Origin: Bacteroidota bacterium
GTDB lineage: Bacteria; Bacteroidota; Bacteroidia; JABEUT01
NCBI GenBank assembly: GCA_013285805.1
Contig: JABDGY010000005.1
Coordinates: 1-58,273, forward strand
Direction: 5' to 3'
Length of the DNA stretch: 58,273 nucleotides
In this document: one piece after another, positions 1-10,637 of the stretch
Position numbering within the stretch: position 1 is the stretch's first letter
Layout: each line of letters starts with the position of its first letter
Notes under the pieces: generated by a model
What the model was told of the DNA's origin: nothing
The model's database searches: none
The model's input: the letters and a program-made list of their open reading frames with translations, nothing else
Translations under genes and position numbers: made by a program

Positions 1-1
1 G

Positions 2-1393
2 CACCTGCGTGGCGATAAAGAAGCTTACGCTGACCCTAAGAAATACTTTGATGAAGTAATAGAAATTGACCTTTCAACACTTGAGCCACATGTAAATGGC
101 CCTTACACACCCGATTTAGCTTGGCCCATTTCTAAATTCGCTCAGGCAGTAAAAGATAATGGCTGGCCTGAAAAACTTGAAGTAGGACTTATCGGCTCTT
201 GCACCAACTCATCGTACGAAGATATTGGCCGTGCATCGTCGCTGGCTAAATATGCATCGGAGCATGGGCTAAAAGCAAAATCGGAATACACGGTTACTCC
301 CGGTTCCGAACAGGTTCGCTATACCGTTGACCGCGATGGTTACCTGCAATGGTTTGAAAAGATTGGTGGCGTAGTGCTTGCCAACGCCTGCGGCCCTTGC
401 ATAGGCCAATGGGCAAGGCATACAACTGACCCAAGTAAAAAGAATTCTATCATTACTTCGTTCAACCGCAACTTTGCAAAACGTAACGATGGTAACGAAA
501 ACACACACGCATTTGTAGCATCGCCTGAAATAGTAACAGCGCTGGCGCTGGCAGGTACCCTTGCATTTAATCCGCTGACAGACACTATTACCAACGACAA
601 AGGTGAAAAGGTAAAACTGCCTGAGCCTGTTGGAACAGAACTTCCTGCAAAAGGATTTGATGTAAAGGACCGCGGCTACCAGGAACCTGCAAAAGATGGC
701 AGCGGAGTGAAAGTACTTGTAGCACCTGATTCGCAACGCTTACAGTTATTAGACCCGTTTGCAGCATGGGAGGGAATTGACCTGAAAGGGCTCAGGCTCC
801 TTATTAAAGCAAAAGGCAAGTGTACTACCGACCATATATCAATGGCGGGTCCATGGTTGAAATACCGCGGCCACCTCGATAATATTTCGAACAATATGCT
901 TATTGGCGCCACCAATGCTTTTAATGGTAAAACCGATAATGTGAAGAACGAATTGGATGGCAAATACGATTCAGTGCCTAAGGTACAACGCGCATACAAA
1001 GCCGCCCACATTGGTTCAATAGTGGTAGGCGATGAAAACTATGGCGAAGGCAGCTCACGCGAGCATGCAGCTATGGAACCTCGTTTCCTTGGCGTAAGGG
1101 TTATACTGGTAAAATCGTTTGCACGTATACACGAAACCAACCTTAAGAAACAAGGTATGCTGGCGCTTACGTTTGCGAACAAAGCCGATTACGATAAGAT
1201 AAAAGAAGACGATACTATCGACATTATAGGCCTTACAAGCTTTAAACCCGGTGTGCCGCTTACAGTAGTGTTGCACCACGCCGACGGAACAAAAGATGAA
1301 ATTAAAGCCAACCAGAGCTACAACGAAAACCAGATTGAATGGTTTAAAGCAGGTGGTGCGTTGAATATAATCAGAGCAGCCGCTATTAGCTAA
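2..1393 (+). CDS. acn: Aconitate hydratase (mitochondrial-like Bacteroidota type), 5'-truncated by window edge
   Basis: Frame is open from position 2 (HLRGDKEAY...[11 protein letters not shown]). It carries Fe-S ligand motifs GSCTNSS and ACGPCIGQW, plus FNRNF, TTDHIS and [11 protein letters not shown]. Confidence 0.95.
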   Translation, partial: HLRGDKEAYADPKKYFDEVIEIDLSTLEPHVNGPYTPDLAWPISKFAQAVKDNGWPEKLEVGLIGSCTNSSYEDIGRASSLAKYASEHGLKAKSEYTVTPGSEQVRYTVDRDGYLQWFEKIGGVVLANACGPCIGQWARHTTDPSKKNSIITSFNRNFAKRNDGNENTHAFVASPEIVTALALAGTLAFNPLTDTITNDKGEKVKLPEPVGTELPAKGFDVKDRGYQEPAKDGSGVKVLVAPDSQRLQLLDPFAAWEGIDLKGLRLLIKAKGKCTTDHISMAGPWLKYRGHLDNISNNMLIGATNAFNGKTDNVKNELDGKYDSVPKVQRAYKAAHIGSIVVGDENYGEGSSREHAAMEPRFLGVRVILVKSFARIHETNLKKQGMLALTFANKADYDKIKEDDTIDIIGLTSFKPGVPLTVVLHHADGTKDEIKANQSYNENQIEWFKAGGALNIIRAAAIS

Positions 1394-1421
1394 TGGCCAA
1401 TAGCTATTAGCCAAAAGCAAA
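1387..1421. repeat. Short degenerate heptamer tandem repeat (TAGCTAA-like)
   Basis: TAGCTAA TGGCCAA TAGCTAT TAGCCAA AAGCAAA spans the aconitase stop codon. Confidence 0.5.
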
Positions 1422-1426
1422 CAAAA

Positions 1427-1720
1427 GTGATTATAAGAGTTGTAAAAATGGAATTTGAACCGGGAAGGGTAAATGATTTTTTAGAGTTGTTTACCTCAAC
1501 TCGGGTTAAGATAGCAGGGTTTGAAGGATGCACAGGGCTACAACTACTCAATGATGTAAAATCTGCTAATGTATTTTTTACGTATAGTACATGGAAGTCA
1601 GAACAGCACCTGGAGAACTATCGCAACTCAGATTTATTTAAAGGCACCTGGGAAAAGACAAAAGCAATGTTCAGTAATAAAGCACAGGCATGGAGCCTAA
1701 AAGAAGTAAATAATGAATAA
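1427..1720 (+). CDS. Antibiotic biosynthesis monooxygenase (ABM) family protein
   Basis: 97 aa with the pattern IRVVKM...F.GC..L.LL.D....FFTYS.W.S...LE.YR.S.LF..W typical of Bacteroidota ABM proteins. Confidence 0.8.
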   Translation: MIIRVVKMEFEPGRVNDFLELFTSTRVKIAGFEGCTGLQLLNDVKSANVFFTYSTWKSEQHLENYRNSDLFKGTWEKTKAMFSNKAQAWSLKEVNNE

Positions 1721-1802
1721 CGAACATGGAATGTCGAACTCTGAAGTAAATACCCAAAAACATATTTCGGTATTCATTATTCAATGTTCAATATTCGATA
1801 TT
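1708..1802. repeat. Heptamer-periodic inverted repeat element, copy 1
   Basis: GAA recurs every 7 nt (GAATAAC GAACATG GAATGTC GAACTCT GAAGT), then TTC every 7 nt (GGTATTC ATTATTC AATGTTC AATATTC GATATT). Confidence 0.75.
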
Positions 1803-1809
1803 AAATAAT

Positions 1810-3057
1810 ATGGCGACTGACAACAATAAAGCTTCCAGCGCGAAACGCCTAAGGATTGCGGATATTAAACTGAACTCATTGCTTGAAATCACCAAGTCAA
1901 TCAACAAAAACGCCCCTATTGAGGAGCTGCTGGAGATTTATAAAAGTGTATTGCAGCATAAACTGTTCATTGGTAAACTTATACTGCTGAGGTACGACCA
2001 TGGATGGAGCCCCATGTTGCATTATGGTATGCGAGGAGATAATTACACGACTGTATTAGAGCATGCAAAAAAATATACCGATATACGCGAAATTACTTCT
2101 GTGGGTGGTGACCAATGGCCCAAGAAAGAAAGTTTTGAAATCATTATTCCTGTATATCATAAAAACAGCCCACTGGCCTATGTGTTTCTTGGCGACCTGA
2201 ATGATGATACTATTGGAGTGAGCCCTGCAATTAAGCACCTGCCGTTTATACAAACGCTTACCAATATATTAGTTGTTGCTATTGAAAATAAAAAGCTGGC
2301 TAAGGAAAGCATACAACAGGCCGTATTACAGCGGGAGCTCGACCTGGCCAAGGAAATACAATCTATTCTTGTACCCAGCATACTACCGCACACCCACGAA
2401 CTGGATATGGACGCGGTTTACCTGCCCTTCCACCAGATTAGCGGCGATTATTACGATTTTATCCCGCTCGATGAAAGCGAGTTTGCCATTTGCATAGCCG
2501 ACGTATCGGGCAAAGGTATAGCGGCAGCTTTGCTTATGAGTAACTTCCAGGCTAACCTGCTGGCCCTTATTGAACAAACATCTTCGCTTACCGAGCTTAT
2601 TATCCGCCTGAACAGGAAAGTGGTACAGACCGCAAGAGGAGAGAGTTTCATCACCTTCTTCATTGCGAAATATAACCGCCTTACACAAACATTGCATTAC
2701 ATAAACGCGGGCCACTACCCTCCCCTTCTTCACATGGAGGATACCGTAACCATGCTGAAATCGGGCTGCCCTGCCTTAGGCATGCTGAACGAAATACCCA
2801 ATGTAAAGGAAGGTATTTTAACCATCAGGCCGCCGGCTACATTCCTTACTTATACTGACGGTATAATTGAACTGGAGAATGATAACAAAGAAGAATTCGG
2901 CCTTGAAAAACTAACTGACTTATTTACCACCAACGTAAATGAGCACAGAACGGCAAAACAGCTTACCACCAGTATAATTGACGAATTAAAGAGCTTTAAA
3001 GGAACCAAAGAATATGTTGACGATATAACCCTGCTTGTCTGCCGGATTCTTAGCTAG
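1810..3057 (+). CDS. PP2C/SpoIIE-family (RsbU-like) serine phosphatase with N-terminal GAF-like region
   Basis: Motifs AKEIQ, SGDYYD, IADVSGKG, NAGHYPP, YTDGIIE and DDITLL. Confidence 0.9.
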   Translation: MATDNNKASSAKRLRIADIKLNSLLEITKSINKNAPIEELLEIYKSVLQHKLFIGKLILLRYDHGWSPMLHYGMRGDNYTTVLEHAKKYTDIREITSVGGDQWPKKESFEIIIPVYHKNSPLAYVFLGDLNDDTIGVSPAIKHLPFIQTLTNILVVAIENKKLAKESIQQAVLQRELDLAKEIQSILVPSILPHTHELDMDAVYLPFHQISGDYYDFIPLDESEFAICIADVSGKGIAAALLMSNFQANLLALIEQTSSLTELIIRLNRKVVQTARGESFITFFIAKYNRLTQTLHYINAGHYPPLLHMEDTVTMLKSGCPALGMLNEIPNVKEGILTIRPPATFLTYTDGIIELENDNKEEFGLEKLTDLFTTNVNEHRTAKQLTTSIIDELKSFKGTKEYVDDITLLVCRILS

Positions 3058-4513
3058 CCAGGGTTGCCGGCACTTCAGTTTTCTTTTTTCCGTAACTTAA
3101 ATCTATTGCAACAAGCATTCCTAAAAAGCCCCAGAAAGGTACCGCTGCTTTATCCGTATCAAGAAAGTTATTCATACCACCGTGAATGAAATAAGTAACC
3201 AGCCCAAGGTAAATACTCAAAACAATTATTCTCAGTTCCTTATCTTCAAGCCTGTAATAAAGATTAAATGACAGTATTGTAATTGCGACCACAATGGCAA
3301 GGAAAGAAAGCATGCCCAATACACCTTGTTCTGCTAATGGGCCAAGGTATTCGCTATGCGCGTTACCGCCATTACCGAGGTTTGTACTAATAATAGTACG
3401 GTTATACGAAAGCTGGTAAGGCGCATATTGAAACTGGTACGTTCCGGGGCCAAAGCCAACCCAGGGTTTATCTTTAAACATGCGTATAGCGCAACTCCAG
3501 CGGTTTATACGTTCTTTATTCGATGCGTCAGATGAAATGTTCGATATCGATTGTATTTCCGTACTTATGTCCTCTGATACTTCCTTGTTATTATGCTCAA
3601 GCTTCAGTATTATTTTATCCTGGTAAATAAAGGCAACCCCTAAAGCAATAATAAGCATAACCAATATGGTGCGTAATTTCACTTTTAACTTCATAATTAT
3701 AAACACCCCTAAAGCGCCTACAAGGCTTACCCAACCCGCGCGGCTATATGATAACCCGATAGCTATAATAAACAACCCAACCAGGAAGGGCGCAATGGCC
3801 TTGCCTTTTTTATTATCAGTCTTAAGAAAACATAAACCAATAACAATAGGAATGAACATGGCCAGTAAAGCGCCATAGGCTGTATGGTCATTATAAAAAG
3901 GAGTAGCAGCATCGTGTGCAGGTTTTTCAGCAAAATGGCCCTTTGCATGCCTCAAAATAGCATAAACAATAACCCCTGTTAATGATATAATATATAACCA
4001 CCAGAATGTAATGATGTTCTTTTTTTTGTCGAACAGGCAAAGGCCAAGAAAATAGAAAGCTACAACCCCCCAGCTGCGTTCAATAAGAAACTTAAAAGAA
4101 ACGAAAGGCATAGTGCTTGTAAAGCAGGTAATGAACATCCAGGCCAGGCCTGCAAGTATAACTATACTTACCGGGTGTCTTAATAATTTCTTATCTATTC
4201 CGCCATGGGCAAGCCTCAGGATAAACAGTAGCATGGCGCCGAACATAATTGGTTCGGTGGGCAGTGCAACACCAACACCTACCTGGCCAAGGCTAAGGCC
4301 TGGGATTTGTGTAATATTTAGCGATAAAGGGGTAAAAAAAACAACGGCAAGCAGTAAAGTATCGAGTTTAAAAAGCGCCATATATACAATGAGCAATGCA
4401 AACGGCAATAGCGCCATTAAATAGCTCTGGTTATATAGTACCAATAAAGCGTTGGCAAGAATGAAAATCGAACTTGCAACATAAAATGCAATTATATTTC
4501 TCTTGTCCGTCAA
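3050..4513 (-). CDS. O-antigen ligase/polymerase (Wzy_C) family membrane protein
   Basis: Multi-TM protein with SYSRAGW, SNKERINRW, P..GFGPG and NAHSEYL motifs; lies in a polysaccharide cluster. Confidence 0.85.
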   Translation of the reverse strand: MTDKRNIIAFYVASSIFILANALLVLYNQSYLMALLPFALLIVYMALFKLDTLLLAVVFFTPLSLNITQIPGLSLGQVGVGVALPTEPIMFGAMLLFILRLAHGGIDKKLLRHPVSIVILAGLAWMFITCFTSTMPFVSFKFLIERSWGVVAFYFLGLCLFDKKKNIITFWWLYIISLTGVIVYAILRHAKGHFAEKPAHDAATPFYNDHTAYGALLAMFIPIVIGLCFLKTDNKKGKAIAPFLVGLFIIAIGLSYSRAGWVSLVGALGVFIIMKLKVKLRTILVMLIIALGVAFIYQDKIILKLEHNNKEVSEDISTEIQSISNISSDASNKERINRWSCAIRMFKDKPWVGFGPGTYQFQYAPYQLSYNRTIISTNLGNGGNAHSEYLGPLAEQGVLGMLSFLAIVVAITILSFNLYYRLEDKELRIIVLSIYLGLVTYFIHGGMNNFLDTDKAAVPFWGFLGMLVAIDLSYGKKKTEVPATLAS

Positions 4514-4525
4514 GGCACTTTATTA

Positions 4526-5443
4526 TTACAACTTCTCTAATACTCTAATTGCAAGAACAGAGAACAGGAAAGATGATGCGCATGCTATAACTAAAATAAG
4601 CCAGCGCACCGGGTACGATTTCTTATCAGCTACAAAAGGAGTAGTAACCATGTTTGAATATGTCAGTTGCTTATTCACATCTTTCATAGCGTCTTCATAC
4701 TTAATCAATATATCATCGTAATTAGCAAGGGCCGAATTAAGGTGCTGGTTAACCGCATTCAATTCCATTCCCTTTTCTTCCATATTCTTCATGGCAGTTG
4801 AAACATCTGCATTTTTAGATGACTGGTAATATGCCCTGGTTACCTCGCGGGTCTGGTTACCGTAGTCCAGTAATCCGTATTCTGTACTGAGTGACTTAGA
4901 AAGGCCGGATAAAGAATCACATTCTTTCTTCTTATTATCAAGCAGTTTCTTCCATATTCTGGCCACCTCTACCGATTTTTCCTTCTGAACACCCAACACC
5001 TTTTGGTTAAGCACGTCAAGAACCCCGTTCACAATTTTATACGCCGTATCGGGGTTAATGTCAAAGACGCTAATCTCAACAGCTTCATATTCGGTAGCGC
5101 TTACATTTACGTTTTTATCATATTTTTCCAATAATTCTGTTTTCCAATCCTTCTCGGTGGTTGAATCTATTTTATAATGCTTAGTAAGGTTAAACCTATC
5201 GATAACCCCTTTCTTAATATCGGTCGAATTAAGAAACTCAAGCATCTGCTCGGTCGAAGTCTCACGAGAATAAGTAGAGAGATTATATGGATATACTACA
5301 GCTGTTGATTTAAACAGCGGGGGAATAAACGAAGGTGAAGAGAATATTACCGATGCCAGTATTGCCAATACCTGCACGGCAATAAGCGGCTTCCTATGCT
5401 TAAATAGCCATTTCAGGTAACCCGTATGATTAAAGGCATTCAT
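4526..5443 (-). CDS. Wzz/chain-length-determinant-like protein
   Basis: N- and C-terminal TM helices around a coiled-coil region; ADKKSYPVRW precedes the final TM. Confidence 0.75.
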   Translation of the reverse strand: MNAFNHTGYLKWLFKHRKPLIAVQVLAILASVIFSSPSFIPPLFKSTAVVYPYNLSTYSRETSTEQMLEFLNSTDIKKGVIDRFNLTKHYKIDSTTEKDWKTELLEKYDKNVNVSATEYEAVEISVFDINPDTAYKIVNGVLDVLNQKVLGVQKEKSVEVARIWKKLLDNKKKECDSLSGLSKSLSTEYGLLDYGNQTREVTRAYYQSSKNADVSTAMKNMEEKGMELNAVNQHLNSALANYDDILIKYEDAMKDVNKQLTYSNMVTTPFVADKKSYPVRWLILVIACASSFLFSVLAIRVLEKL

Positions 5444-5448
5444 GGGGT

Positions 5449-6498
5449 TTATCGGTTCAATTGTTGAGATGGTTTGTCCATCTGCTTTAACTTGGACATC
5501 ACCACCTTTACCCTTGGGGTAATTAATAGGAATACGAGGCCGAAAAAAAAAGCGGCTAGTGTGGAAATAAACACCACGATCCAGCGGACCGGCAGTGATC
5601 GCCTTTCAGGCTTAATAGCATGTTCCGCAACAAAGAATGGAGGAACCACTTTATCCATATTAGCTTTGGCCTCCAAATAACCTTGCTTTACCTGCAGCAT
5701 CCATTTATACTGGTCCTGTAAATCATTAAATAAGTCCCAATAACCGCTACCGAATATAGCAAAATTATTCAGTTTATCTTCCATTAATTTCGCTTCCGTA
5801 GCACTACCCTTGGTTTGCGCATCGGCATAGCCTTTTGTAAGTTCCTTTACCTGCAAATCGTAGCTCAGAATACCTTCCTTGCGGTAAAAATTCATTGAAT
5901 CATTAAGCTTCTTTAATACAATGCAGGCTGAATCATACTGGTGTTTAACAATTTCCAGCGCCGCTTTAGCACGTTTAAGAATTATCTGCTTGTAAATAGA
6001 ATCGGCTATGTCAGCAATTCCGGCTGCAAGAGCCGAATCTTTGGGGGGGCTTTCATCATAAACCGTAATCTTAATCGACTGGTATTCTGTTTGGTCGAAC
6101 TGGAAGTTCTCACTGTAATAGTCTTTTAAAGTGGCATTTTTATGCCAGTCCTTGGTCAATCCATAATAATTGAACAAATCATATTTCTTTGCCAGGGCAT
6201 ACATAACATCGTCAGACTTCAGTAACTGCATCATCTGCTCACAGTTCTTATCGTCGCCAAAAGCAAGGTAGTCCTTCGACTCATAGGCTTGCTCTTCAAG
6301 CAAAGCCCTTGATATATTGTTATTCTGCGCCGAAAACAATATAACGCTGGCTTTATATTTTACAGGTAACAATAAGGCTACTCCTGAACTAAGGATAGCT
6401 GCCACAACCGATATAATAAACAAGGCCTTGCGGTGCCTGAATAAGGTCACCACAAAATTTTCGGAATTCTGAAAAAACGGGTTATTCTCTTTTTCCAT
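5449..6498 (-). CDS. Wzz/chain-length-determinant-like protein (paralog of downstream gene)
   Basis: Same two-TM topology; PVKYKAS after TM1 and PERRSLPVRW before TM2. Confidence 0.75.
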   Translation of the reverse strand: MEKENNPFFQNSENFVVTLFRHRKALFIISVVAAILSSGVALLLPVKYKASVILFSAQNNNISRALLEEQAYESKDYLAFGDDKNCEQMMQLLKSDDVMYALAKKYDLFNYYGLTKDWHKNATLKDYYSENFQFDQTEYQSIKITVYDESPPKDSALAAGIADIADSIYKQIILKRAKAALEIVKHQYDSACIVLKKLNDSMNFYRKEGILSYDLQVKELTKGYADAQTKGSATEAKLMEDKLNNFAIFGSGYWDLFNDLQDQYKWMLQVKQGYLEAKANMDKVVPPFFVAEHAIKPERRSLPVRWIVVFISTLAAFFFGLVFLLITPRVKVVMSKLKQMDKPSQQLNR

Positions 6499-6552
6499 TA
6501 ATTATATACTTAGACCACGAAAGGGCAGCAAAAATAAAATAATTTCTGCATC

Positions 6553-7992
6553 TCAGCCGTTTTTCATCACATTTAGGAAGCCTTTTATGTTTAAAAGTCC
6601 CACTGCAAAGGCTAAAATGCCCGATGCGCCGCACATCAATACAAAGTTCAACTTCCAGTCAAAAGGTAATATAGAACTGAAATACCCCAAAACTATCACC
6701 CCAATTGCGAAAACCAAAAGGGTAGCAAACAGCCTGTAAATCATATTAAACTTGAATATGCGCTGCACTACAATAACCTGTATTGTGGGAACAAGTAACT
6801 GGGTGGTAAGGCTTACACATGCAGCGCCAACGGCATGAAAACGTGGAATAAGTATAAGATTACATACTATATTGAATACCATTCCGGAAGCAGCTATAAT
6901 ATTGAGATATTTAAGGTTTCCATTAGCAGTAAGCAAGGTTCCGAAAACATATTGAGTGGCAGTACCCAAAAAACAGCACATAAGTATTGAAAATACAGCA
7001 GCAGCCTCTTCCACATCATTTTTATAAAGCATCTTCATGATATTATAAGAATTAAAGTAGCACGATACAGCCACTACAATTGCCAACGCAAACAGCAATG
7101 TATACGACACCTTCACCATCGACTCAACCGATTCTTTGAACTTTAGCATACGGGAAAAAATGGGCAGTAGCAGCCCTGCCGACAGCACGGCTATCATATT
7201 AGTCGCATCCAGTAATCTGAAAGCCTGGGCATAAATACCATCCTGTACACCATTATCTTTCACAAGCCTTTCTATCAAATAACCATCAACGCGATTGTAG
7301 AATGACATAATCATAGCCAGCAAGGCAAAAGGAAAACTTTGCTTCAGTATCATAATACTAAAAGTACGGTTCCAGTCAAATGAAATAAAGCCTGCCTTGC
7401 GGAATACAATAATAAAGGCTATAAAGGCTGTAAGCCCGTAGGCTATTAACTGCGCATATACATAGTCCATTATATCAATGGATCTACTCATAAAATGAAA
7501 CCATAGAAACGGAGCACAAAGTGCAATGGCAATTAAACGATCCATGGCAGACAGTATACTATCGGTTTTAAATAGGTGCAAGCCCGATATATTTGAACGC
7601 AGGTAGGCAATGAATGAAATGAAGAACTGCATAAGGCATAAAATCAACAACAATTTCATCCGCCTGAAATCATAGCCAGATGCCAACCCCACCGTCATAG
7701 AAATAGCAAGGTAAACAAGGGCAAGGGTGAGTTTCAAAATGATCATCCTCGAAAAATGCTTGGAAAGCAGGTGCGTATTCTGGGCTATGTTCCTATTATT
7801 AAAATTGGTTATACCCAGGTCGAGTATTACGTTAAAAAGGAATGAGAAGCTATATAGCCCGAAAAACACACCATATTCAGAAGGGCCTACAGTGTTCTGC
7901 ACACCTCTGTCAATAGCAAAAATGAAGAAGGGCTTAATCGAGAGGTTTAAACCAAGTACAAGAGCAAGATTGGTGATAAAAGCTTTCTTCAT
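6553..7992 (-). CDS. Polysaccharide flippase (Wzx/MOP superfamily)
   Basis: Many TM segments; motifs DLGITNFNNR, FYNRVDG, GIYAQAFRLLDA and N..LIP....GAA. Confidence 0.85.
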   Translation of the reverse strand: MKKAFITNLALVLGLNLSIKPFFIFAIDRGVQNTVGPSEYGVFFGLYSFSFLFNVILDLGITNFNNRNIAQNTHLLSKHFSRMIILKLTLALVYLAISMTVGLASGYDFRRMKLLLILCLMQFFISFIAYLRSNISGLHLFKTDSILSAMDRLIAIALCAPFLWFHFMSRSIDIMDYVYAQLIAYGLTAFIAFIIVFRKAGFISFDWNRTFSIMILKQSFPFALLAMIMSFYNRVDGYLIERLVKDNGVQDGIYAQAFRLLDATNMIAVLSAGLLLPIFSRMLKFKESVESMVKVSYTLLFALAIVVAVSCYFNSYNIMKMLYKNDVEEAAAVFSILMCCFLGTATQYVFGTLLTANGNLKYLNIIAASGMVFNIVCNLILIPRFHAVGAACVSLTTQLLVPTIQVIVVQRIFKFNMIYRLFATLLVFAIGVIVLGYFSSILPFDWKLNFVLMCGASGILAFAVGLLNIKGFLNVMKNG

Positions 7993-8165
7993 TAATTTAA
8001 AATGGGTTGCTAAAATATAAGTTTTATCCCAAATAGGTCAAAAGCTCTAAGTTAAAGAGAGTTAAAAGACACCATAGGTGGACTGCATATTAACCTCTGA
8101 TTACTTGCAATGGGCACTCGAAGGCTTACATTAGCCTTTACACAAAACTATTAAAACCTGTTTTA

Positions 8166-9278
8166 TCAGGAAGGTATTGGCGGAGGGGCTGAACCAAATA
8201 CGTTCGATACTTCAGGAACTTGTCCTGCTGCGGTCCATGCGGCCATGCCTGCTTTCCATATAAGTGTTTCACGTTTCAATGCACCCGACTGCACCATTTC
8301 TGCCAGTTGCTGCTCATTAAACGGGCCTGCCTGCTTACCATCAACCGCTACAAAGAATTGCACTGCCTGCGGTATTGGAGGTGGCGGAGGAGCAGCTTGT
8401 TGCTGTTGGTTCATCTGGTTAACTGCTTGGCCCATAGTATTAGCCATCATATTTCCCATTCCAAGACCAACACCAACACCCATACCCATTCCGGCCAATC
8501 CGCCCTGGTTAGCGGCTGCGGTTTGCACTGAGTTAGCGATATTCATTTGAGTCAACTTGCTCATATCAATCTTGCCAAGCCTGCTGTATTGGTAAATTTC
8601 CTTTTGAAGTTCCGGAGGAAGAGATACATTCTCTACTATAAAGTTAGTAAGCGTTAGCCCGAAGTTGCCAACAGTAGGCTCTAATTTCTCCTTAGCAAAA
8701 GTAGAGAATTCCTCAAGGTTAGCCGAAAATTTCTCTATTCCAAGGTTACTCTTGGCAACAGCATTGGTAAGATTGCTCACCATCATACTGCGTATCTGTC
8801 CGCCAATATCTTCAGTAGTAAACTGGCTATTGGTTCCTGTAAGCTCTTCCACAAACTTTTTAGGGTCCGATACTTTGAAAGAATACGTACCGAATGCACG
8901 CAGGTCAACCATACCGAATTTTTCATCGTTCAGCATTATAGGGTTCTTCGTTCCCCATTTCTGGTCCGTATACTGGCGTGTGTTCACAAAGTAAACATCT
9001 ACTTTAAACGGACTATTAAAGCCATATTTCCATCCTCTAAGGGTGGTAAGTACTGGTATATTCTTCGTTTCCAATGTGTGTGTACCCGGCATGAAAACGT
9101 CGGCAATCTGCCCTTCGTTTACAAATACCGCTGCCTGCGACTGGCGAACAACGAGCTTTGCGCCGTTCTTTATTTCGTCTTGCCAGCGTGGAAAACGCCA
9201 GAGCAGTGTATCGCTCGAGTCATCGTTCCACTCAATAATATCAATTAATTCGTGTGAAATACCGCTAAATAATCCCAT
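8166..9278 (-). CDS. SPFH (band 7) domain protein with C-terminal GYF_2/DUF4339 domain
   Basis: VRQSQAAVFV..G, KWGT.NPI, LRAFGTY; Gly/Met-rich linker, poly-Pro, then GKQAGPF...TLIWKAGM..W. Confidence 0.85.
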   Translation of the reverse strand: MGLFSGISHELIDIIEWNDDSSDTLLWRFPRWQDEIKNGAKLVVRQSQAAVFVNEGQIADVFMPGTHTLETKNIPVLTTLRGWKYGFNSPFKVDVYFVNTRQYTDQKWGTKNPIMLNDEKFGMVDLRAFGTYSFKVSDPKKFVEELTGTNSQFTTEDIGGQIRSMMVSNLTNAVAKSNLGIEKFSANLEEFSTFAKEKLEPTVGNFGLTLTNFIVENVSLPPELQKEIYQYSRLGKIDMSKLTQMNIANSVQTAAANQGGLAGMGMGVGVGLGMGNMMANTMGQAVNQMNQQQQAAPPPPPIPQAVQFFVAVDGKQAGPFNEQQLAEMVQSGALKRETLIWKAGMAAWTAAGQVPEVSNVFGSAPPPIPS

Positions 9279-9383
9279 AGTAGATAGATTTGATTAAGGC
9301 GAATTTAAGCAAAATATAATACCAACCGCTTTTTACTTATTTATAGTCTTTTACTATATTAGCTTTCCTTATTTAAGCTAACT

Positions 9384-9917
9384 ATGAAGACGATAAAAGG
9401 CCTTTTTTACCTTGTTACCGTTTGTTTATTTATGATATCATGCGATTCCGTTAAAATAGACCATAAAAACCAGGAACTACCACAGTTCAGTATTATAGGT
9501 ATCTCGGTACACACTACCAATGCAGGCGGGCAATCTCAAAAGGATATTGGCGACCTGTTTACCAAATTCATGATTGAAAATACCATGGCTAAAATACCGG
9601 GCAGGCTATCTGATGAAACATATTGCATGTACACCGACTATGAAAGCGATTTTCAAGGGCCTTATACTTGTATATTAGGGTGCAAGGTAAAATCGCTTGA
9701 TAGCATACCTGCCGGAATGATAGGGAAGGAAATACCTGCTACAAAATACAATGTATATACATCAACAGGCAAACTACCCGATTGCGTAATGAACACCTGG
9801 ATTGGAATATGGAAATCTGCTCCGGATAGAAAGTATTCAGCCGACTTTGATGTTTATGGCGACAAGGCTAAAAACCCTGCTAACGCCGAAGTTGAGACTT
9901 ATGTTTCTGTAAAATAA
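9384..9917 (+). CDS. GyrI-like / effector-binding domain protein, probable lipoprotein
   Basis: Signal peptide ending MISC; motifs YTDYESD, W..IW and ADFDVY. Confidence 0.75.
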   Translation: MKTIKGLFYLVTVCLFMISCDSVKIDHKNQELPQFSIIGISVHTTNAGGQSQKDIGDLFTKFMIENTMAKIPGRLSDETYCMYTDYESDFQGPYTCILGCKVKSLDSIPAGMIGKEIPATKYNVYTSTGKLPDCVMNTWIGIWKSAPDRKYSADFDVYGDKAKNPANAEVETYVSVK

Positions 9918-9918
9918 G

Positions 9919-10512
9919 CTATTGCTTTTCCCAAAGCTTCAGTTCCTTATCAAAATAGGCAGCAACCATTCTGTAGCCTGCAGGCACTTCTTTTAACTGG
10001 CTCCAGTAAGTAGCTAACCTTGTACCACTTGGCATTTTAGCCAATTGCTCCCGAACATAGACCGTATACTTATCATATTGCTCGTTGCCCATTTCTACAG
10101 AATCATCAATCTGTGCCGTGATGTCTATATGCTCCTGGAAGGGATTAAAAAAGTAGAAAGAATCATACTCACGGAAATCAATATTGGCAATATCAGAATT
10201 AATGAAGTGCACATTAATCAGTCCCTGCGACTTTACTAGCCCGCAGGCTATCTCATGCAGGTTTTCTCTGTATTCCACTCCGGTAAAAACTCCTTCGGTA
10301 TAAGTAGCACCAAGCATACAAAACTTTCCTACTCCTGAACCGATATCAAGAATCTTTTTGCCAGGTTTATCTGCCAGGAATTTTGCAGCCTCTTTAGCTA
10401 CATTAATGGGTGTCCAGTGCCTTCTTGAAAAAGTATACAACCAGTTAGGAAGCATCTTATTGAACTCCTCATCGCCAACTGGCAACCGCATTTTAAGAAA
10501 CTGGAAAAGCAT
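9919..10512 (-). CDS. Class I SAM-dependent methyltransferase
   Basis: ILDIGSGVGKFC motif I, plus HWTP and YFFNPF motifs. Confidence 0.8.
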   Translation of the reverse strand: MLFQFLKMRLPVGDEEFNKMLPNWLYTFSRRHWTPINVAKEAAKFLADKPGKKILDIGSGVGKFCMLGATYTEGVFTGVEYRENLHEIACGLVKSQGLINVHFINSDIANIDFREYDSFYFFNPFQEHIDITAQIDDSVEMGNEQYDKYTVYVREQLAKMPSGTRLATYWSQLKEVPAGYRMVAAYFDKELKLWEKQ

Positions 10513-10625
10513 AAACTGAGTAAATATATACCTCTTACGTCTTTATTCAGAGCCGACAAAAATATAAACTTTACCTATTACTGCCCACTATTAAAGAAAA
10601 AGCGGGCAATGCTTTATAATCTCTC

Positions 10626-10633
10626 TACCTTTG
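10626..10633 (+). promoter_or_regulatory. Bacteroidota -7 promoter element (TACCTTTG) for ABC-F gene
   Basis: Matches TAnnTTTG; 4 nt before the ATG. Confidence 0.6.
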
Positions 10634-10637
10634 TGCC